A stretch of 64,000 nt of DNA. Origin: Thermoplasmata archaeon (GTDB lineage: Archaea; Thermoplasmatota; Thermoplasmata; UBA10834). Made by a program: the position numbers and the translations under genes. Shown piece after piece: positions 55,826 through 64,000 of this stretch. Where the stretch lies: the NCBI GenBank assembly GCA_041559015.1, contig JBFFED010000004.1, positions 2,781-66,780 on the forward strand, read 5' to 3'. The first letter of the stretch is position 1. Every line of letters begins with the position of its first letter. The notes beneath the pieces are model-generated. The model had not been told where the DNA came from. It made no database searches and saw only the letters and a program-made list of their open reading frames with translations.

Positions 55826-56896
55826 TCACACCACCAGCAGGTTCTCTATGACCTTCGTCGGGAGGCCGCTCTCCTTGCCCCTCGCGATGATTCTTATGTT
55901 GTCTACTTCCACTTTCTTGCGTATCATGTAGTTGACTATCGGCAGGACCGATAGGGGATAGAAGTGCGCGAACTTCTCGCTCGTGTGTATCAGCGCCTTG
56001 TCGAGCGCGATCGTGATGCCGGAGAGCTTCTGGTCCGCTTTGAACTGCTCCAAGTGATCCTTAATCTCGTCGAACATCGAGGACTTCTCGAGTTCCTCGA
56101 TTATCGGCATCAGCCCCTCCTGCTGGGCCAGCGCCCTCAGCCTGTCAACGCTGAAGTCCATCCCTCCGGGGATGAGATACTTGGCCACCTTGTCCTCAGG
56201 GACCTTCTCGGCCTTCAGCTTCAGGAGGACCTTGAGGTTGGTCACATCGATCTCCCGCCTGACGAAATCCCTCAGGAGCTTCTCGGCGGTGTTGGTCGGT
56301 TCGATGTCGTTGAGCAGGTCGTGATACATGACCATATCCAAATGATCCTCCAGGGCCGCGAGCCTCCCGGAATCGACCGCTTCCCGGACCAGCTCCGGCG
56401 TGATGCCCAATGAGGGCCTCTTCGAAAGTGCGTCCATGATCTCCTGCATCTGCCCCATTTGTATGAGCGACCGAAGATAGGCCTCAGAGAACTCCCCGGC
56501 AGGGACGAGCGTGTCGACCAGCTCGTCCTCGCGGACGCCTGTGACCTTGCCCCTGAGGACCGTCTTGACGTTGAATGTGTCCCACCGCTTCAGGTAGTCC
56601 CCGACCATCTCCCTCAGGTGTCCGGTGCAGAAGCCGAGTATGGCGGAGTAGGTATCCGCCAGGTTGCGTGTCACGGCCACCTCGACGAGGTTTGCCCCCG
56701 TGTTGCGCGAGGCGTACCTCGTCATCTCCTCACGGTACTGCGTCTCCCCCAGGAACCGGCCAATCTCGTAGACATCCATGACCAGCATCCGCGAGTACGC
56801 CTCCCGCGAGAGGAGAAAGCTCTTCTTGGCCTTCACGCGCGTGCACGCGTACGCATAGTTACCTCTGCCGCCGAACAACCACATCTTATGGCTCAC
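55826..56896 (-). CDS. atpC: A-type ATP synthase subunit C
   Basis: 356 aa; GNYAYACTRVKAKKSFLLS.. and operon position. Confidence 0.88.
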   Translation of the reverse strand: MSHKMWLFGGRGNYAYACTRVKAKKSFLLSREAYSRMLVMDVYEIGRFLGETQYREEMTRYASRNTGANLVEVAVTRNLADTYSAILGFCTGHLREMVGDYLKRWDTFNVKTVLRGKVTGVREDELVDTLVPAGEFSEAYLRSLIQMGQMQEIMDALSKRPSLGITPELVREAVDSGRLAALEDHLDMVMYHDLLNDIEPTNTAEKLLRDFVRREIDVTNLKVLLKLKAEKVPEDKVAKYLIPGGMDFSVDRLRALAQQEGLMPIIEELEKSSMFDEIKDHLEQFKADQKLSGITIALDKALIHTSEKFAHFYPLSVLPIVNYMIRKKVEVDNIRIIARGKESGLPTKVIENLLVV

Positions 56897-57450
56897 CCGA
56901 ACAACTTGCCGTATATCTCCTGCATCCTCCTGCTCCAGATATCGTCCAACATAGTCTCGAACCGGAAGTCGAGCCTGACGGCCCTGTCCTTGCTCTCGAA
57001 CACGAGGCCTCCGCCACAGTCGATGACGCCGCCATTGGCCATGCCCGCGGGCAATTGCAGGAGCGACTGGTCGTCCTTGTTAGAGTACACGTAGCACTCG
57101 CCCAGCTCCTTCTCGGCCCTAGCCACCAGCTTCGAGTACAACTTCTTGCGCTTAGGGGCGGGATAGTCCGAGAGCTCCGACAGGATCTGCTCCCTCAACT
57201 CCTCCATGACCTGTCTCTGGGCGGAGAGAGCCGTCTTCTTCGACTCGAGCTCCGCGCTCGATATCTCCTGCCGCTCCATCTGCTGGATGCTCGCAGCATT
57301 CCTCTTCTCCGCCCTGGCCCTGCTCTCCACGATTCTGCTGTCCGCGAGCTTCAGCTGCTCGTCGCGCTCGTTCTCGCCGTGGCGGATTATCTCCAGCTCC
57401 TTCTCCTTGCCCCTGCGGAGTATGTCCTCAACGACCTTGTTCAGGCTCAT
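56893..57450 (-). CDS. atpE: A-type ATP synthase subunit E
   Basis: 185 aa; charged coiled N-terminal half, operon position between K and C. Confidence 0.85.
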   Translation of the reverse strand: MSLNKVVEDILRRGKEKELEIIRHGENERDEQLKLADSRIVESRARAEKRNAASIQQMERQEISSAELESKKTALSAQRQVMEELREQILSELSDYPAPKRKKLYSKLVARAEKELGECYVYSNKDDQSLLQLPAGMANGGVIDCGGGLVFESKDRAVRLDFRFETMLDDIWSRRMQEIYGKLFG

Positions 57451-57509
57451 AGACTCTCAGCTCCTTGTTGGACCGCTGCGTCCCATTCTCACCGGTTCGA
57501 CCTACATGC

Positions 57510-57749
57510 TCACGTCTTGCCCAGCAACAGGAACGCCACGACGAAGCCGAGGATGACTATCGTCTCGGGCAACACCATCAGGATGATGCCCTTGCCGAAC
57601 ATCTTCGGGTTCTCCGCCGTCGCGCCCACCGCTGCCGCACCGATCTGAGCCTGCGCGACGCCCGTGCCCAGGCCCGCGACGCCTATCGCGATGCCTGCGC
57701 CGATCAACGCCAGGCCGGCTCCTACTGCCGTTCCAGGATCCATTGCCAT
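57510..57749 (-). CDS. atpK: A-type ATP synthase proteolipid subunit K (single hairpin)
   Basis: 79 aa; two glycine-rich helices, ion-binding Glu in LPETIVILGFV. Confidence 0.88.
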   Translation of the reverse strand: MAMDPGTAVGAGLALIGAGIAIGVAGLGTGVAQAQIGAAAVGATAENPKMFGKGIILMVLPETIVILGFVVAFLLLGKT

Positions 57750-57762
57750 TCCTTCACGCCTC

Positions 57763-59754
57763 CTATTTCGTCGATGCCGAATGCTTCCTCTCGTAGCTCA
57801 AGGGCTCGAAGTCCGCGCCTCCGCCCTCGAAGAACTTGAGGAAGAACTCGACATAGTTCAACCTGATAGCCTGGATACCCGCCGATAGGGCTCCCAGGAA
57901 GAACACGAAGAACATCTGGGTCACGAAGAGAGTCAGAGCACCCAGTATGATGATGGCCACGTTGCCGCTGTCGAATATCAGCGGGAAGAGCATCGTATTG
58001 AACGCCAGGGCCATGGCGCCCTTGCCCACGGCCAGCGCCGCCAATCTGGCATACGATACCAGGTTGGTGAAGAGCCCGATGACCTCTGTCAGCGCAAGCG
58101 GACCTTCAGTAAACGGAAGGGCGACCACGCCCACCAGTATCAGGACCACTGCGGGGATCGATATCTCGATGCCGATGAGTAGTATGGTCGCATCCGGCAT
58201 GAACCCATAGACGGTCGCGTTGACGAAGGCGCTCGTCGCGGTGGCATCGCCCGCGATCACCATCATCTCCTCGAACAGGCCGAAGAGTATGACGATCCAG
58301 GCGAGTTTGCCGAAGGCGTGCTTCCTGTTATGGTGATAGTGATTGGCGAACCCGAATACCAGGCCCAGGGTAAGGTGTATCCAGCCGGCGAACAGAGATA
58401 TCCCGAGCATCTCCTTCGTGTCGTGCATCTTGTCGAGGAGAGGGTGTATCGGTATGTTGGCTACCGACTCCCAAGAGGCTTCGTCATGCGCCTCCGCGGG
58501 TGGATGGAACGGCACCCCAAACGCCTCCGCGAACACGAAGATGCCGAACACGCTCGCCATCAGGCCACCTGCGAGCACTATCGTACCGAGCTTGTAGAGG
58601 TCGGGGCTGCCTTTCATTTTCCAGCGCATGATCGCGCCGAGCGCCATCAGGCCCAGGCCGAAGCCGAGGTCCCCGATCATGAAACCGAAGAAGAGTGGGA
58701 AAGTTATGAACAGGACAAGCGTAGGGTCGATCTCATCATACTTCGGGGTCGACACGAGGGTCATGAAGAACTCGAATGGTTTGATGGGGCGGGGGTTCTT
58801 GAGTTTGACGGGTGGCTCCTCCTCCTTCTCGGGAGGTATGGTCTCGACGAAGGCGAGCCCACAACAGAGCGAATCGAGCGCAGTCTGTATCTCCCCAGCC
58901 CGCGCAGTCGGTATCCAGCCGTCTATCACGAACGAGTTGGCGGAAGTGGCTATCCTCAGTGGGGTCTCCGCCTTCAGCACCTCGATCGCCAGGTGCTCTT
59001 CTGACGAGATTATGAAATCGGCGAACTGTTTCCTGATGCCCTCCAGGTCGGACTCGACCCTCTTGAGGTCTGCCTCGAGATCTTTGATCTGCCCCCTGTG
59101 GATCTCAATGATGGCCTCGGGGTCGCCCTCGAGCCTGGGCAGCTTTGCCTCCTGAAAATCGTGTTCCGAGAGTATCCTGGCGGCCTCCGCCTTGTCCTCG
59201 GTCCTGACGAACAGGGCGATCACGATGCCCGTCTTCCGCTCCAGCTTGAACAGCTCGTAATCCCCGATCCGGCCCCGGAAATCGTGCTCGGGGTCGAACC
59301 TGCACGTGCCGGTGAAGGCCACGATGTTGTCGTACCCTTCGTAGTCCTCGACCTTGACACCGAATGTGGCAAACGGCTCGAGGGCGTGTATCTCGGCCTC
59401 CTTCTCCCTCACCAGGTTCTGTATCCTCTGCCGGGCCTCCGCCTTGCTCGAAGTGTTCAGGTCAAGCGTGACGAACGCCTGCTCCAGCTTCCTGTTGATG
59501 TCCCTGACCAACATCTTGTCAGATGGGCGGTGCTTCTCCAGCTCCAGGGAGCGTATCATCGCCCTCAGCTTCAGCAGCTTCTGTGATGCGCCTGAGGCCC
59601 TCGGCAGGGGCTGGCCTATCTTGAAATCCTCGTCCTGGGAAGTGAAATCTATCAGGTGCAATACACCGAGCTCGTAGAGACATTCGATGGTCGCGTCGAG
59701 GCTGTCTATCGACCCCACGACGACCGCACGGGTCATGTCCTCAGGCCTAAGCAT
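57763..59754 (-). CDS. atpI: A-type ATP synthase subunit I
   Basis: Soluble N-terminal half plus polytopic C-terminal half; ORF extends to 59817 but ATG 59754 (MLRPEDMTRAVVVGS) overlaps the atpH stop by 8 nt. Confidence 0.9.
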   Translation of the reverse strand: MLRPEDMTRAVVVGSIDSLDATIECLYELGVLHLIDFTSQDEDFKIGQPLPRASGASQKLLKLRAMIRSLELEKHRPSDKMLVRDINRKLEQAFVTLDLNTSSKAEARQRIQNLVREKEAEIHALEPFATFGVKVEDYEGYDNIVAFTGTCRFDPEHDFRGRIGDYELFKLERKTGIVIALFVRTEDKAEAARILSEHDFQEAKLPRLEGDPEAIIEIHRGQIKDLEADLKRVESDLEGIRKQFADFIISSEEHLAIEVLKAETPLRIATSANSFVIDGWIPTARAGEIQTALDSLCCGLAFVETIPPEKEEEPPVKLKNPRPIKPFEFFMTLVSTPKYDEIDPTLVLFITFPLFFGFMIGDLGFGLGLMALGAIMRWKMKGSPDLYKLGTIVLAGGLMASVFGIFVFAEAFGVPFHPPAEAHDEASWESVANIPIHPLLDKMHDTKEMLGISLFAGWIHLTLGLVFGFANHYHHNRKHAFGKLAWIVILFGLFEEMMVIAGDATATSAFVNATVYGFMPDATILLIGIEISIPAVVLILVGVVALPFTEGPLALTEVIGLFTNLVSYARLAALAVGKGAMALAFNTMLFPLIFDSGNVAIIILGALTLFVTQMFFVFFLGALSAGIQAIRLNYVEFFLKFFEGGGADFEPLSYERKHSASTK

Positions 59755-60082
59755 CAACTGCCCTCTCAAACTCCGAAAGGACGTACTTCTTGGCGTCGCC
59801 CATCCTCCCACGGGCATTCGACGTCAGGACCTCCGCCTTCCTGATGCCGTCCTCGAGGATCGTCTTCTTGCGGCGCTCTATCTCGGCGAGGGCTTTGGCA
59901 GTCTCGGCCTCGAGCCGCTTCCTCAGCTCGGCCTCGGCCCCCTCAACCTTCTGTATCGCCGCGCGTTTGCCCTCGGCCTGCAGCGCTTTCCTCCTCTCCT
60001 CCGCCCCCTTCGCAATCTCGCGGACGTTCTCTTCCGCCTCTTTGATCTGGCGAAGAATATCGGCCTTTCCCAAGTAAGACAC
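59747..60082 (-). CDS. atpH: A-type ATP synthase subunit H
   Basis: 111 aa, all-helical charged protein (ILRQIKEAEENVREIAKGAEERRK..), first gene of the operon; GTG start. Confidence 0.75.
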   Translation of the reverse strand: MSYLGKADILRQIKEAEENVREIAKGAEERRKALQAEGKRAAIQKVEGAEAELRKRLEAETAKALAEIERRKKTILEDGIRKAEVLTSNARGRMGDAKKYVLSEFERAVDA

Positions 60083-60107
60083 GTCCGGCTCGCTGATGCG
60101 GGTTTCG

Positions 60108-60116
60108 ATATAAATA
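60108..60116 (-). promoter_or_regulatory. TATA box (tatttatat on the minus strand) for the atp operon
   Basis: Centred 30 nt upstream of the atpH GTG (60082). Confidence 0.5.
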
Positions 60117-60196
60117 GACTACGCGGTCTGACCTTTTCGATTCATTACGGCGGCCAATTCGTCGGCTAGCGACGTGAATGGTACGCGTTCGTGTCA

Positions 60197-60682
60197 TCAG
60201 CCTAGCTTGTCCGTGAAGTCCTTCTTGTCCAACTTGACCATCTTCATGCCCGCCTGCTTCAGAAGCTCCACGCCCGAGAGATCGGAGTAATCATCAATGT
60301 ACACCACTCGGACCACCTGCGCGTTGAGGATCATGCGGGCGCATATCGGGCAAGGGACGATGGTCGAATAGAGCGTGGACCCTTTCGAGTTCGTGCCGGC
60401 TTGGATTAGAGCGTTCTGCTCCGCGTGCACGGCTGTGCACGTCTCCAGCCGCGTCCCGGACGGTATCCCGAGCTTGTCCCGGATGCACCCGATTTCCTCG
60501 CAGTGCGGGACTCCGCGCGGGTTGCCGTTGTACCCCGTGCTCTTAATCTCCCCCACATCGCTGACGATTATCGCGCCTATCTGCCTCCTGGTGCAGGTGC
60601 TCCTTCGCGAAACCTCGATTGCGATGTTCATGAAGTAGCGGTCCTTGTCTATCCTCTTGCCGTGCCTCAACGCCAAGAACAT
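60197..60682 (-). CDS. Deoxycytidylate (dCMP) deaminase
   Basis: Zinc motifs HAEQNAL and PCPICARMI; 161 aa. Confidence 0.88.
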   Translation of the reverse strand: MFLALRHGKRIDKDRYFMNIAIEVSRRSTCTRRQIGAIIVSDVGEIKSTGYNGNPRGVPHCEEIGCIRDKLGIPSGTRLETCTAVHAEQNALIQAGTNSKGSTLYSTIVPCPICARMILNAQVVRVVYIDDYSDLSGVELLKQAGMKMVKLDKKDFTDKLG

Positions 60683-60803
60683 CCTCGGCGCCTCAATCCC
60701 GTCATGGCTCTTCTATCTTTCCGTCCCTGGCAACCCCCTGACGAAGGCCTGCTGGGATGGGGAAGGATAGAAATACCAACCCGTGACTTAGCGATGCGAA
60801 ATC

Positions 60804-61376
60804 ATGTCCAAATGGGTCAAGATAGCCGCGTTGTCCATAGCGGCCGTTGCCCTGGTCATTCTAGCGTACGCGGTCCTGACCCCTGAGGCGCAGACGGATG
60901 AGACTGACCACGGCGGCATGTGGGACAACCGCATGACCTACAGCTCGGCCAATGTCAGCCTGATCGCAATATCGATAGCGGCCATCATGATATCGCTCAT
61001 GATCATACTCCTGTGGAGGGAGTACGAACCCCTCCCGCCATCGATGGCCCCGCCGCCGACAGCGCGCAAGATGGAGCCTGAGACGCGCGCGCAGGGGAAT
61101 ACCGCAGCCACCCCCGGACTCCAAGAGACGACTTCCCCCGACGAGGCGGCCGAGAAGAACCACCTCATCCTGAGGCTGCTCACGGGTGACGAGCGCATCA
61201 TGTTCAAGGCGGTCATGGACTCCGGCGGGGAGGCCCTGCAGAAGGACCTGATCCTGAGGACGAAGATGTCCAACGCGAAGGTCTCCCGGGTGCTCGACAA
61301 GCTCGCTCAGAAGGGCGTTGTCACCAAGGAGAGGCATGGCGCGACGAACAAGATCAGGATAAGGCACGGAGACTGA
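60804..61376 (+). CDS. Membrane-anchored wHTH regulator (COG2512-like)
   Basis: Two TM helices bracketing a short external loop (TDETDHGGMWDNRM), Pro-rich linker, C-terminal wHTH (ERIMFKAVMDSGGEALQKDLILRTKMSNAKVSRVLDKLAQKGVV). Confidence 0.65.
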   Translation: MSKWVKIAALSIAAVALVILAYAVLTPEAQTDETDHGGMWDNRMTYSSANVSLIAISIAAIMISLMIILLWREYEPLPPSMAPPPTARKMEPETRAQGNTAATPGLQETTSPDEAAEKNHLILRLLTGDERIMFKAVMDSGGEALQKDLILRTKMSNAKVSRVLDKLAQKGVVTKERHGATNKIRIRHGD

Positions 61377-61477
61377 CGGCGAGGACGCCATCAGCTCGCT
61401 TTTCACATTCCTGCAAAGGTCAGGACCGCTTTTCAGCATAGCTCCTTATACGCTTTCACCCAAAGGATACACCACAA

Positions 61478-61509
61478 GCCTCGGAGAGTCCGAGGCGAAT
61501 TGGAGGTGA
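61478..61509 (+). promoter_or_regulatory. 5'-leader hairpin (gcctcgga / tccgaggc, 3-nt loop) followed by strong SD ggaggtga
   Basis: Read directly; the SD ends 7 nt before ATG 61517. Confidence 0.35.
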
Positions 61510-61516
61510 ACAAAGA

Positions 61517-61798
61517 ATGAAGACATCGGCGCTCTTCGCAGTCGTGGGCCTGGTCGCTGTCGTGGCGGTCGCCGGGGTAGCTGTTGCCTCGGGCACGGTC
61601 GCTAGCGCCCTTGGCATGCAGGCCAAGGGGGACGGATCGGGCTCTGGCCACATGGGGACGGGACACATGCACCAGTGGCAGCACAGCTGGGAGTACCAGT
61701 ACGAGTACAGTGGTAACGGGACCTGTCCCGGGGAGTACGACTGGAACTACAGCTGGGACTACGACTACGATTACGAGTACTGCCCCTGCACGGAGTGA
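61517..61798 (+). CDS. Small secreted His/Met- and Tyr/Trp/Asp-rich, Cys-containing protein (93 aa)
   Basis: Signal-like N-terminus MKTSALFAVVGLVAVVAVAGVAVASG; GHMGTGHMHQWQH; last 36 aa contain 9 Tyr, 3 Trp, 9 Asp/Glu and 3 Cys (..DYDYDYEYCPCTE); strong SD. Confidence 0.55.
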   Translation: MKTSALFAVVGLVAVVAVAGVAVASGTVASALGMQAKGDGSGSGHMGTGHMHQWQHSWEYQYEYSGNGTCPGEYDWNYSWDYDYDYEYCPCTE

Positions 61799-62296
61799 TC
61801 GCATCGTATAAACCCCTTAAACGGACATCTTTCTGACTCGCTGACGCCATGGCGGGAGTGGCTTCTCTGTCATCAAATGACCGCGGTCACTTTCGTCTCC
61901 GAGTTCTCTATCTGATGGTCCGCGAGAGAGAGCGCGATAGGAGACGGGCATCGACGGCGACCTAGCCTGCCGCTGGCTCTCGCCTGAGCGGGGGCGATGC
62001 CTTCGTCAAGCAGGTGATGAAGGGCTACGGTCACTGATCCAGGGTGGTCTTACCGACCCTTTCGGACATGTCGTAGCAGACCATCCTGTCGCCTATCCTG
62101 ACAGGCATCTTCCAACGGGTGCCCCTCGGCTCGGCAAGAACATGGAGGAGATGACCTAGGGCGGACGCTAGCTCTGAACCCGGGGAGCGAGTACGGGGAG
62201 GGTGCGCTCCCAGGGATGCTGGTCAGATTCCTGAAGAAAGGATGCGCGAACTACATGTTCACCCAGGGCTGAGGAGGCGCTGGCAGACCATATACA

Positions 62297-62302
62297 TTTA
62301 TA
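62297..62302 (+). promoter_or_regulatory. TATA box tttata
   Basis: Within acatttatagagg; centred about 26 nt upstream of GTG 62325 (signal peptidase). Confidence 0.45.
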
Positions 62303-62324
62303 GAGGAGCACCGATGAACGCGCC

Positions 62325-63302
62325 GTGCCCGCAAGTGGTTCTGCCAGGACCGGGAGGCCGAAGAAACGTAGCTCGGCGTTCCTTTTCGTGAGGGATGCAG
62401 GAATCGCGCTGGTCCTGGTGGCGCTGATACTCGTCACCATGTACGCGTACACGGGGCTCTGGCCGCCCCTGGTAGTCGTGGAGTCCAACAGCATGATGCA
62501 CGGAGATGACAACCTGAGCCACGTTGGCACGATAGACACGGGCGACCTCGTCCTAGTCCGTGAGGTTGCGCGGGTCTCGGAAGTCAAGACATACATGGAT
62601 GGGTATGTCTCGGGGCATCGGACCTACGGGGACTACGGAGACGTCTTGATATACAAGCCTGGCGGGACGGAATCACGAACCCCGATCATCCACCGTGCAA
62701 TCATCTACCTCGAATACGATCCAGCCAGTAATTGCTATCGGTCATCCTCTCTTGAGAGCCTTCCGAAAGGCACTCCGGATGCCAAATGGAACACGACGAA
62801 CCCAGACGACACATGGGACCACCTGACGAGCACCCTGAGGATATTCCATGTCGGCTGGAGCGACCTGATCGTTTCGGTCGATATCGCAGGCATGCTCTCG
62901 AGCCACAGGAGCGGATTCATCACGAAGGGAGACCACAACACCAACACCGACCAGATGTTCGCCAGCAGCGGACCGGTCGATATCGGCTGGGTCGTGGGCA
63001 AGGCCCGGGGGGAGATACCCTGGTTCGGCCTGCTCAAGCTCTGGATCACCGACTCCCTCGGAAGCCCCGCGCCTGAGAACAGCGTGCGGAATCTCTGGAT
63101 ATCGATGATACTGATTGTTGTCGCTCCCGTCATGGTCGACATCGGCCTGACCTACAGAGAGAAGAAGGCCGTAGCGAGGAGAGGGCATGAGAGGACCGAC
63201 GAACCCGCCGACCCCTCCGGCGAAACGCCTGTAGAAGATACTTGGGTGGAAGCCGAATCCCCTGACGAGGAGATCGAGGAACCGCCTGGACGACTCACAT
63301 GA
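62325..63302 (+). CDS. Signal peptidase I, archaeal/eukaryotic (Sec11/S26B) type, with acidic C-terminal tail
   Basis: N-terminal TM, VVVESNSMMH (Ser), IIHRAI (His), FITKGDHNTNTD, second TM, then an acidic tail; GTG start. Confidence 0.8.
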   Translation: MPASGSARTGRPKKRSSAFLFVRDAGIALVLVALILVTMYAYTGLWPPLVVVESNSMMHGDDNLSHVGTIDTGDLVLVREVARVSEVKTYMDGYVSGHRTYGDYGDVLIYKPGGTESRTPIIHRAIIYLEYDPASNCYRSSSLESLPKGTPDAKWNTTNPDDTWDHLTSTLRIFHVGWSDLIVSVDIAGMLSSHRSGFITKGDHNTNTDQMFASSGPVDIGWVVGKARGEIPWFGLLKLWITDSLGSPAPENSVRNLWISMILIVVAPVMVDIGLTYREKKAVARRGHERTDEPADPSGETPVEDTWVEAESPDEEIEEPPGRLT

Positions 63303-64000
63303 GGGTCGTCTGGTACCTCAGCTTGTAGTTCCTCAGCTGGCTGAGAATCTCGTCCTCTTCCAGGATCTTCCTGGCTTCCACCACAGGAACGCTGGGCTCT
63401 ATCTCCTTCGTTCTCCCCCCTCTCCCGAAGGATTTCACCCGAGCGTGGATAATGCCGAGCATGTCCAGCTCTGATATTAGATCCGTTATCCTGCGCTGGG
63501 TCAGGATAGCCATGGATGTGCACTGGCAAATCTCCTTGTAGGTCTCGTACAGGTCCCCAGTCGTCAGCTTGGAGTCGCCTCTCTCGTTGTTCATGAGGAC
63601 CCCCATGAGCACCAGTTTGGACTGGATGGGCAGGGTTCTGATCGCTTCGGTCACGCAATCGAGCTCTATCTTGTTCTTCGCACGGACCACATCTGACTCC
63701 GTGACTATCGGCATATGGCTCCGCTCTGCGATTTCAGCCGCAACCCTGAGAAGGTCCAGCGCGCGCCTAGCGTCCCCGTGCTCCTGAGCGGCGAGGGCCG
63801 CGCACAGGGGTATGACGGACGGCTCGAGCACGCCGGGCTCCAACACGAGATCGGCCCTCTGCTCGAGTATCTCCTTCAACTGCTCGGCGTTGTACGGCGG
63901 GAAGACCATCTTCTCCTCGCTGAGCGAGCTCTTGACCCGCGGGTCGAGGAACTCCATGAACCTGAGGTCGTTGGATATCCCAATAACGCTCACCTTCGCG
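63295..64000 (-). CDS. cdc6: Orc1/Cdc6 replication initiator (C-terminal part; N-terminus lies beyond the window end)
   Basis: VIGISNDLRFMEFLDPRVKSSL, PPYNAEQLKEILEQR, HGDARRALDLLRVAAEIAE, C-terminal winged helix; the reading frame stays open to position 64000. Confidence 0.88.
   Translation of the reverse strand, partial: AKVSVIGISNDLRFMEFLDPRVKSSLSEEKMVFPPYNAEQLKEILEQRADLVLEPGVLEPSVIPLCAALAAQEHGDARRALDLLRVAAEIAERSHMPIVTESDVVRAKNKIELDCVTEAIRTLPIQSKLVLMGVLMNNERGDSKLTTGDLYETYKEICQCTSMAILTQRRITDLISELDMLGIIHARVKSFGRGGRTKEIEPSVPVVEARKILEEDEILSQLRNYKLRYQTTLM

Noticed and set aside
62014-62037. C-box-like gtgatga followed 13 nt later by ctga (C/D-box sRNA half)
   Set aside because: No matching second C'/D' pair at the required spacing and no terminal stem.
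62221-62246. ggtcagattcctgaagaaaggatgcg resembles the SRP RNA helix-8 consensus (GGUCAGG.CCGGAAGG.AGCAGCC) and sits next to the signal peptidase gene
   Set aside because: By eye only about 17 of 26 positions match. The GNAR tetraloop and its closing stem are not formed, and no flanking helix-5 pairing was found. An Infernal scan would settle it.
1-64000. Scan for CRISPR arrays, IS elements or transposases, integrases, prophage genes, rRNA/tRNA genes and inteins in atpA, polB or cdc48
   Set aside because: No regularly spaced repeats, no transposase or integrase-like translations and no rRNA/tRNA signatures were seen. The lengths of AtpA (580 aa), DP1 (~490 aa) and Cdc48 (~727 aa) are intein-free.
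1-64000. Possible stop-codon recoding (pyrrolysine/TAG avoidance)
   Set aside because: TAG is used as an ordinary stop by many confident genes here (for example GNAT, BKACE, ICMT and endA), and no gene appears interrupted by an in-frame TAG or TGA.

Overview
GC-rich, densely coding 64-kb archaeal chromosomal segment, euryarchaeal in character. All calls come from reading the supplied ORF translations and the DNA by eye; no alignments, profile searches or statistics were run, and start codons are often uncertain because GTG and TTG starts are frequent. About 69 protein-coding genes are supported. No rRNA, tRNA, CRISPR array, transposase or integrase was recognised. Housekeeping content includes a complete A1A0 ATP synthase operon in the order atpH-I-K-E-C-F-A-B-D (51.7-60.1 kb, minus strand), the PolD small subunit and Orc1/Cdc6 (truncated at the window end). 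It also includes Gar1 with TFB, an Hsp20 and Cdc48/VAT pair, tRNA-splicing endonuclease, a class-I-type GAPDH, GMP synthase subunits A and B with PurE, and a Sir2, PfkB kinase, AhcY and phosphopantothenate synthetase run. RtcA, dCMP deaminase and signal peptidase I complete that set. Accessory content includes a lower-GC catabolic-looking cluster at the 5' end and a transporter cluster (ArsR+MFS, VIT1, CPA2, CaCA, MFS). The most unusual stretch is 37.9-45.6 kb. It holds a 1162-aa pilin-signal FG-GAP surface protein and a divergent wHTH-STAND ATPase with a degenerate P-loop. It also holds a tightly packed V4R, KaiC-like ATPase and DUF835 operon with a trailing CobA-like gene, facing a CYTH enzyme. 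Many genes have a TATA-like box about 26-30 nt upstream of the start codon, suggesting leaderless transcripts. One 54-nt spacer appears to serve two divergent genes with a single TATA box. Several unannotated small ORFs and two ORF-poor regions (about 19.04-19.32 kb and 61.8-62.3 kb) remain unexplained.
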